Below are positions 57,798 through 64,000 of a DNA stretch of 64,000 bases, in pieces (positions within the stretch are counted from its first letter, which is position 1; every line of letters starts with the position of its first letter). This DNA comes from Pseudomonadota bacterium. Lineage in GTDB: Bacteria > Bdellovibrionota_C > UBA2361 > OMII01. Below the pieces are notes generated by a model. That model saw only the letters and a list, made by a program, of their open reading frames with translations, was not told where the DNA came from and did not search any database. The position numbers and the translations under genes are program-made. The DNA lies in NCBI GenBank assembly GCA_038134595.1, contig JAYPVM010000010.1, positions 35,596 through 99,595 of the forward strand, given 5' to 3'.

Positions 57798-59087
57798 TTA
57801 GCACCCCGCAAATATAAAATCCTCCGGATCGCTGACTCTTGCCCGAAGCGACGCGCCAAGCCCGCTCATCTTTCGCTCAAAGTGTTCGTACCCTCTTCTC
57901 AGGTGGTGAATCTCATGAAGCTCGGTTTTTCCTTCCGCTACAAGTCCCGCGAGTGCCAAAGAAGCTGCAGCACGAATATCGAGTCCATCGACCGGAGCCC
58001 CCGCAAGCTTCGAAACTCCCGTAATCCGAACAAGCCTGCCATCGATAGAAATGTTGGCGCCGAGGCGAGCCAACTCCGAGGCATGCCCAAATCTACCTTC
58101 GTATACAGTCTCTTCTATAGTGCTTACACCATTTGCAACCGTTAATGCCGCCATCAGTGGCGCCTGCAAATCGGTGGCCAACTCAGGAAAAGGTCCCGTC
58201 TTGATAGAAACTGCTTGCAATTCACCAGACCGCTTCACGGTAACACCCTCTTCGTGCTTTGTGACCGAGAGACCCATTTGCTCTAAGATTTCCAAAAACC
58301 CCCCGAAAAACAACGGATCAACACCTTCCACGGTGACCTCTCCTCCAGTCATAGCTCCCGCTAAAAGATAGGTACCGGCCTCTATCCTATCACCTATCAG
58401 ATTTGTCTCACTGCCAGCTAACCCACTCTTTCCTCGAATCTCTATGATTGAACTCCCTGCACCCTCAATCTCAGCTCCCATCCCGCAAAGAAAATTTGCA
58501 AGCGCTATAACTTCTGGTTCACGAGCCGCTCCCTTTATCACCGTTAGTCCTGGAGTTAGGCACGCGGCCATGAGCAACTGATGCGTTGCTCCAACTGATG
58601 GAAAACGCAAATCGATCACTGCTGGCTTTAATCCATCTTTTGCTGTGGCATACACAACACCGTGTTTCAGTGTTATATCAGCACCCATCTTGGTTAACCC
58701 TTGCAAATGAAGATCCACAGGGCGCGCCCCAATAAGATCTCCCCCCGGCAATGCCACCCGAGCAGCACCTCCTCGCGCAAGCATTGGACCAAGCACCCAG
58801 AATGACGCCCGTAAGGCTTTCACCAAACTGTAACTAGCTTCTGTTGCCGAAAGCACCGGAGTCTGAACAGAAACTGTATTTCCATCGTAGCGAACATTTG
58901 CTCCGCAGTGCTCAAGAAGATTGATTACCAAACTTGTATCGGTCAGATTTGGAACGTTGTGGATGACGCATTCCTCTCCAGTTAACAGTGTGGATATTAA
59001 CAGCGGAAGACCTGCATTTTTAGCCCCACCCACACGAACACACCCAGAGAGTGTGCGACCACCAATAATCTCAATATATTCGGACAT
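57798..59087 (-). CDS. murA: UDP-N-acetylglucosamine 1-carboxyvinyltransferase (Asp variant)
   Basis: Motifs GAKNA, LRAS, LPGGDLIGARP, SVGAT, DRIEAGT, TDLQ, DIRA and RGYE. Confidence 0.97.
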   Translation of the reverse strand: MSEYIEIIGGRTLSGCVRVGGAKNAGLPLLISTLLTGEECVIHNVPNLTDTSLVINLLEHCGANVRYDGNTVSVQTPVLSATEASYSLVKALRASFWVLGPMLARGGAARVALPGGDLIGARPVDLHLQGLTKMGADITLKHGVVYATAKDGLKPAVIDLRFPSVGATHQLLMAACLTPGLTVIKGAAREPEVIALANFLCGMGAEIEGAGSSIIEIRGKSGLAGSETNLIGDRIEAGTYLLAGAMTGGEVTVEGVDPLFFGGFLEILEQMGLSVTKHEEGVTVKRSGELQAVSIKTGPFPELATDLQAPLMAALTVANGVSTIEETVYEGRFGHASELARLGANISIDGRLVRITGVSKLAGAPVDGLDIRAAASLALAGLVAEGKTELHEIHHLRRGYEHFERKMSGLGASLRARVSDPEDFIFAGC

Positions 59088-59270
59088 CTACTTATTTCCC
59101 TTCGAACGCTCCACGCCGAGCCGCTTTGAGTATCGCAAAATCTGACTCAAGAACAAGGCAACAAAATAAATTATTTTTCGAACTTAGTAAAAATAACACA
59201 GTGGGCTTCTAGCAAAACCATAACAAACGAAATTACTAGATTCCACTTTTACCATAAATAAAGGAGAGTT

Positions 59271-59570
59271 ATGTCAACTGCCATAGATACAGCCGCCGCT
59301 ACCATTGCAAACAATCTCGAAAATACAGAGAGCCTTTTACTTCAAGCCTATTCTGAAAACTTCAAAGATGGCGATGTTAAATTGCAAGAACTTGCTAGAA
59401 ACCTCGGTGTTGACTTCGATGGAGGGAACGCAGACATCTCGGTCAGAGGATTACAGCTCATCGCTGAGCAACGATATCAGCAGAGAAGCCAGTCATTCTC
59501 GCTCTTCTCGAACATCTTGTCTAAGGCAGATCAGCTAAAACAGCAGATCATTTCCAAACTCGGAAGATAA
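59271..59570 (+). CDS. Small helical hypothetical protein resembling T3SS needle/filament subunits
   Basis: AAGGAG RBS and its own downstream hairpin. No Sec signal and no Cys/Trp/Pro/His. The C-terminal helix reads QQRSQSFSLFSNILSKADQLKQQIISKLGR. Confidence 0.7.
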   Translation: MSTAIDTAAATIANNLENTESLLLQAYSENFKDGDVKLQELARNLGVDFDGGNADISVRGLQLIAEQRYQQRSQSFSLFSNILSKADQLKQQIISKLGR

Positions 59571-59579
59571 ACCCACAGC

Positions 59580-59618
59580 CATTTCGGAGCGCTATGCTAA
59601 AAGGAGCGCTCCGAAATG
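59580..59618 (+). terminator. Strong stem-loop after the 99-aa gene
   Basis: 14-bp perfect inverted repeat CATTTCGGAGCGCT/AGCGCTCCGAAATG with an 11-nt loop; the U-tract is weak. Confidence 0.6.
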
Positions 59619-59958
59619 ATGCTTCTATGGGCCAATTAAAAACATTTACGAAGCATTCTTCCCCAAGCCGAACTAAAACAACCCGCCCCGAAAGGAACTA
59701 GCCAAAGCACCTCACATCTACTAACCTCCTTATTGGCTGTCTTGCATGCTCAAATCACGAGCAAAACCTTCATCTTCCTTGAATATAAATAAATATACAG
59801 CTGCTTACACCGAAATTCTGTCGAACCGAGTGCCGTTAGTTGTGAGTAATGACAGTTGCGTTTAGTACAAAAATCTATAATTATTTTAACATTGTGCAAA
59901 AAATCGGTTGTAAATGCCACGTTGTGGCCAACCAAATCGTTTCTTGGAAACCTTACTA

Positions 59959-61185
59959 ATGCTGTTTAAGATTCACCGCCGCCGCGTCCTAATCTCGTTA
60001 ACCGTAAGCGCAGCCATGTTCTTACTGGCATTGACAATGGGCAGTCGCTCATTAGAGAGTCGCCCCACCGATCCAGTCTCGGAGCAGCTTGCTCTTACAG
60101 AGGCAGCTTCAATTGCGAGAGGAGCACACTCCTACGGAATAGTTCAGTATACTCATTTCCCAAATGGTCCACAGTATGTTATCGCCTTATTAATGAAGGC
60201 TGGCATACAACAACCAAAGTCTTTTCGAATCGTTCCTCTTGTTTTTTCAGCCTTATGCGTAGCGCTTCTAACTTTTGCTATTTATTTCTCAGGGACTAAT
60301 ACATTACTTAGCACTATTGGAGTAAGTGGTATTGGTCTCATGATTTTTCAACCGAGTTTTCTGGAGTGGATGGGCTGCCTCTACGGCAACTCATATCTTC
60401 TAGCTCTGTGCATCAGTGGATTCGCTTTAGGACTAACCCTAAGAGCTCCTAATTGGCTCTTGACTATCATCGGAGTCGTCCTTGGATGGATAGGTTATGA
60501 CTTCACGTTTTGTTTCATTGGCGCAACAATGACGGGACGGCTACTCGCGATTTCAAATAAAGACGAATCGATGATTCGAACACTAACTACAATGTTACTA
60601 GCGGGACTAGCAACAGGCACAGGCGTCTGCTTAGCTATAGCAAGTCACCTAATCCAAAATGCGCTTCACTTCAAATCCTTTCTGATTGCCTGGAATGATT
60701 TAATGGGGAGCGCAGCAACCAGAGCCGGAAGCCAGATTGGCGCCACGCTAAACCCGGCTTACGATCAAATGATACAGTCTGCTATGTTACAGCAAAGAAA
60801 CGCTTCCAATGGAACATACCCGCGTCAAGATTTGCTAAGGGACATATGGATGTCGTTCAGCAAGTCCGAGTGGAGCAACTGGAGCTTAATCCTAGACTCA
60901 TTCCTCGCTTTAGGAGTCGTGATTGCCTGTATTGTAGCAAGAGCAATCTGGAGGGGAGGTCACTGTAGGCAAATTGCGCGCCAAGTTTTTATTTGTTGCA
61001 TTGGGATTATAACGGCAATCTTATTCAGCAATCTCTGGTATATTTTAATGCCTCAGCACGCTCGCTTTCATTTTCATTTCATTCAACGCCACCTATTTAT
61101 TGCCGTCCTGGTCTCATGGCTGACCCTTTGGCACTTGGGTAATAGCATATTGCGGTGGGAAAAACGCGAGACTACAAAGCAGTAA
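59959..61185 (+). CDS. Polytopic membrane protein, putative GT-C glycosyltransferase
   Basis: About 9-10 TMs; YTHFPNGP..V in the first loop, RIVPL, and a late W...MPQHA..H.H...RH motif, all reminiscent of GT-C (ArnT/Gtr-like) enzymes. Confidence 0.55.
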   Translation: MLFKIHRRRVLISLTVSAAMFLLALTMGSRSLESRPTDPVSEQLALTEAASIARGAHSYGIVQYTHFPNGPQYVIALLMKAGIQQPKSFRIVPLVFSALCVALLTFAIYFSGTNTLLSTIGVSGIGLMIFQPSFLEWMGCLYGNSYLLALCISGFALGLTLRAPNWLLTIIGVVLGWIGYDFTFCFIGATMTGRLLAISNKDESMIRTLTTMLLAGLATGTGVCLAIASHLIQNALHFKSFLIAWNDLMGSAATRAGSQIGATLNPAYDQMIQSAMLQQRNASNGTYPRQDLLRDIWMSFSKSEWSNWSLILDSFLALGVVIACIVARAIWRGGHCRQIARQVFICCIGIITAILFSNLWYILMPQHARFHFHFIQRHLFIAVLVSWLTLWHLGNSILRWEKRETTKQ

Positions 61186-61195
61186 AGGCATCTAT

Positions 61196-62005
61196 TCATT
61201 TCTCTGGGTTGTAGGCTCCGAAGCACGCTCGTAATAAGATCCAAAGCACTTCGATATTCCCTTTAACCGTGCTTATTTTGGTTGGCACCTTTCCGACTGG
61301 ATATCGCCGAATGGTGCCGATTTCAACACATCGGAAGCCGAGTCTCGGCGCTCGATAAGACAAATAGGCGAGTAGTTCGTAGGAAATAAAACAGTTCCGA
61401 AAAATTTTCACTCGAGGATCAAGCAAAAGCCGCGCACTATAGCCGCGAAATCCTTGTGTCGTATCAGTCCATCGATGACGAGAAAAAACACTTAACAACG
61501 GCGCGTGAATAAAGCGTATCGCAATATCTCTCAAAAATGGCGTGTTCTCTGCATACCCATCTGCAACAAAGCGAGAACCCTGAACAAAATCAACGCCCGT
61601 TTCCAGGTGTCTAATCATTTTAGGCACCCCTACTGGATCGTCCTTGTCATTACCATCAATTGTTACAATCCCTGTATATCCCGCCTCTAATGCAAAATCG
61701 TACGCACACAGCAACTGCGCACTCAATCTACCCTGGCCTAGCTTTAACAGCAGTGAGTTTACTTTCAGAGATTGTAGTTTTGTACTATCTAGGGAGCCAT
61801 CGAAACTCCCGCCATCAATTATTATGATATCTGCGATATCAGATAAGCCAATCTCATTCATCCGAGCCAGGAGATTACCAATACGCTCACCCTCATTAAT
61901 AACGGGAATAACAACGCAGTATTTACATTTGCGGCCATATGAAAAAATCACTTCGTAATCGGGAACAAACCGCTCTCCAGTGAGTTTTATAGCCTTAGTC
62001 TGCAT
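61196..62005 (-). CDS. GT2 polyprenol-phosphate glycosyltransferase (DPM1-like)
   Basis: Motifs VIPVINEG, IDGGS.DGS, TIDGN.KD, QGSRF and DTTQGFRGYS. ATG 62005 follows GAGGAA. Confidence 0.88.
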   Translation of the reverse strand: MQTKAIKLTGERFVPDYEVIFSYGRKCKYCVVIPVINEGERIGNLLARMNEIGLSDIADIIIIDGGSFDGSLDSTKLQSLKVNSLLLKLGQGRLSAQLLCAYDFALEAGYTGIVTIDGNDKDDPVGVPKMIRHLETGVDFVQGSRFVADGYAENTPFLRDIAIRFIHAPLLSVFSRHRWTDTTQGFRGYSARLLLDPRVKIFRNCFISYELLAYLSYRAPRLGFRCVEIGTIRRYPVGKVPTKISTVKGNIEVLWILLRACFGAYNPEK

Positions 62006-62029
62006 ACACTTTCCTCGCGCGCACAAGCT

Positions 62030-62863
62030 CTATCTAATCTGTCTACATTTAAAGAGATTCGATTGAACCCACCGAACCGCTCTCTCCACTGAGACCGCAT
62101 GCGACTCAGACGGTGTGGCCAACATCTCTATCGTCATGATTTGACTTGCGGTTAGAAATTCTGGCGTCCGAATGAGATCTTTGAGGCTTGATTGTGCGTC
62201 TCCCGCAGGAACTAACCCTGGTTCACTGATATGAACATGACCAATCAAATCAATATTCTTCACTAAAGCTTCTGAGAGTTCCTCGCCGCCTGCTAGGATT
62301 GTGCCCGTATCTAATTGAAGTTTGATAGCAAGATGACTTAGTTCCCGAACAAATGAGGCTGCCTCTTCGGTATTGATCAAAAAATTACAACCTGCCGATG
62401 GTAAATTCGCCTCAATGCAAATCGTCACTCCATACACTGACGCAATTGAGCCCAAAGCTAAAAAGAACTCTCCTGCGATATCATGTGCCATATCCGCCTC
62501 TATGCCACTAGCATCGCGATTTCTTGGAGATCCAAAGACCAGGCGCCTTGCTCCTAGCCCCGCACCAATTCGACAGACATGCTTCAAATGCTCCAACAGC
62601 ATTCTTCGCTCATCGGCAGAGCCAAAGATATTCAACTCTCTCTTACCAAATAACAGCGATTGCATCCCGACAATATCAAATCCACGCTCTTGCCAGCAAT
62701 TCCTGACCTCTAGAATTTGGTGAGTTGACGCATCAGAAATCACGGGGAAATACTTACTCGGCGCAACATCTATAGCATTTATCCCAAGGCGAGCGAGTAC
62801 TTGCGCAATCTCTTCATCCTCAGACACATTCCACGCTAAATTTGATATCGATAATCGAGACAA
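62030..62863 (-). CDS. Sugar-phosphate isomerase/epimerase (xylose-isomerase-like TIM barrel)
   Basis: Motifs ISNLAW, MQSLLFG, LVFGSPRNR, IE, LDTG, HVHISEP and IEM. Confidence 0.85.
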   Translation of the reverse strand: MSRLSISNLAWNVSEDEEIAQVLARLGINAIDVAPSKYFPVISDASTHQILEVRNCWQERGFDIVGMQSLLFGKRELNIFGSADERRMLLEHLKHVCRIGAGLGARRLVFGSPRNRDASGIEADMAHDIAGEFFLALGSIASVYGVTICIEANLPSAGCNFLINTEEAASFVRELSHLAIKLQLDTGTILAGGEELSEALVKNIDLIGHVHISEPGLVPAGDAQSSLKDLIRTPEFLTASQIMTIEMLATPSESHAVSVERAVRWVQSNLFKCRQIR

Positions 62864-63655
62864 TTACTCCCTCTCGTTTCTAGCTTTCTCACCTTGAGCG
62901 TAATGCCTGATCGCCATCAGCGACTCTCGCTTACTATATTGATACGAGCCACGCCCCTCGAATAGTTGCGCATATTGAGATTTCATATCATAAAGAGCAG
63001 GATTTCCCGTCAAAATATTACCAAAGCTCCGATTAAATCCAATCGCAGCTACCTCGGCAACAGATACCGGCTCAGCCACTAAATGTATCAGTGAAAGCTT
63101 ATGATATAGAGCGATATCAATATCTCTCGAGAGATTTACCATTGGATAAAATTGAAACACCGATCGTGAGTCTATCAAATTAAGATTATTTTCATGATGA
63201 AAATCATACAGAATATTCTTCCGCAATTCAGGACCAACAAGCCCCGGCAAACGCACGATTAGATGATTATCAAAGGTGCTTTGTACAAATCTTTCCAACT
63301 GCCTTCGATGCAATCCGTAGGGATGAAGCCCCGACTCCTCGATAATGTCTGACTCTACAAAATCAACTGGCGTTCCATTCACATCCACTGTACTGATCAG
63401 CACAAAAATTCTCGCCCGAATCGTTGTGATAACATCCATCAATGATTGAATCTGCGACCTGTCTTGCTCGGGCTCTTGATTGGCAAGCCATTTCTTAGCC
63501 GAAACTCCGCAACAAACCACTAAGTCAAACTCGCGCTCCATCATCTCACGTATGTTGGTTGAGCGATACAAACCCTCAAAATGACGCTGTTTTAACAGGG
63601 TTGAGCCAACAAAGCCGCTACAACCGATTAAAGCTGACGATATTACCTGTCGCAT
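62864..63655 (-). CDS. Short NAD(P)-dependent epimerase/dehydratase-like oxidoreductase
   Basis: Motifs LIG.SGFVGS.L, AKKWLAN..P..D, LISTVDV, YG.HR..LE, RLPGLVG and FQFY. Confidence 0.8.
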   Translation of the reverse strand: MRQVISSALIGCSGFVGSTLLKQRHFEGLYRSTNIREMMEREFDLVVCCGVSAKKWLANQEPEQDRSQIQSLMDVITTIRARIFVLISTVDVNGTPVDFVESDIIEESGLHPYGLHRRQLERFVQSTFDNHLIVRLPGLVGPELRKNILYDFHHENNLNLIDSRSVFQFYPMVNLSRDIDIALYHKLSLIHLVAEPVSVAEVAAIGFNRSFGNILTGNPALYDMKSQYAQLFEGRGSYQYSKRESLMAIRHYAQGEKARNERE

Positions 63656-64000
63656 TTATTTCCACCTGATTACCCTCCATTGAGTCTCTTTTGAAGACTA
63701 TCATCAGTCAGCGCAGCGAAGAAAGCCGCTAATTCACATGATAAAAGCTATTCATTGTAAAGTCGGAAGATTAATATAATAGGTAAAACCTCATTGAGCC
63801 CGCCCCCCTCATCCACTTCTACCTTCTGGTACACATGCTGCCCCGGTACTGACACTATATTCGGCTCAAGCTAACGTCTTGCACGCCGCGCCAGGCTCTT
63901 AACAGAGCGCTTAAAACTCTATACACGGAGAATGACTATCTTCCATAACACCAGGGAGCCCTCCAGAATATTCGCTCCCGCGAATAAAACTAGGCGCATC

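Noticed and set aside
1..64000. CRISPR array, integrase, transposase, prophage, rRNA
   Set aside because: I found no regularly spaced direct repeats and no ORF with recombinase, transposase, phage or Cas motifs. Short degenerate repeats could be missed by eye.
63656..64000. Possible 3' end of an off-window minus-strand gene
   Set aside because: Two short open frames (about 26-29 codons) are both plausible, so there is too little sequence to call.

Overview
A gene-dense 64 kb chromosomal segment of a diderm (Gram-negative) bacterium. Gene content and order (rpmF-plsX-fabG-acpP-glyA-nrdR-ribBA, alternative complex III) look deltaproteobacterial/Bdellovibrionota-like; this is inference only. 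Most of the window is housekeeping: fatty-acid and riboflavin genes, a complete actABCDEF operon, gabD, nadB, prlC, rmuC, acetoacetate-CoA ligase, an aminotransferase, smpB plus tmRNA, alaS, nth, an old yellow enzyme, fabF and murA. I saw no integrase, transposase, prophage, rRNA, canonical tRNA or CRISPR array. The most unusual items are: (1) one ORF fusing a TamB/DUF490 domain to about six POTRA repeats and an Omp85 barrel; (2) an orphan 99-aa gene resembling type III secretion needle/filament subunits, near an orphan divergent flagellin; (3) ssrA-smpB divergent from a short AlaRS lacking C-Ala, so tmRNA sits next to its charging enzyme, with a 22-residue tag; (4) a secreted tandem pectate-lyase-like protein whose second copy has lost putative catalytic residues and gained a poly-Arg/Lys insertion; (5) MurA with the fosfomycin-resistance Cys-to-Asp substitution; (6) two putative GT-C glycosylation modules. 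All family calls come from motif recognition by eye; no searches were run.
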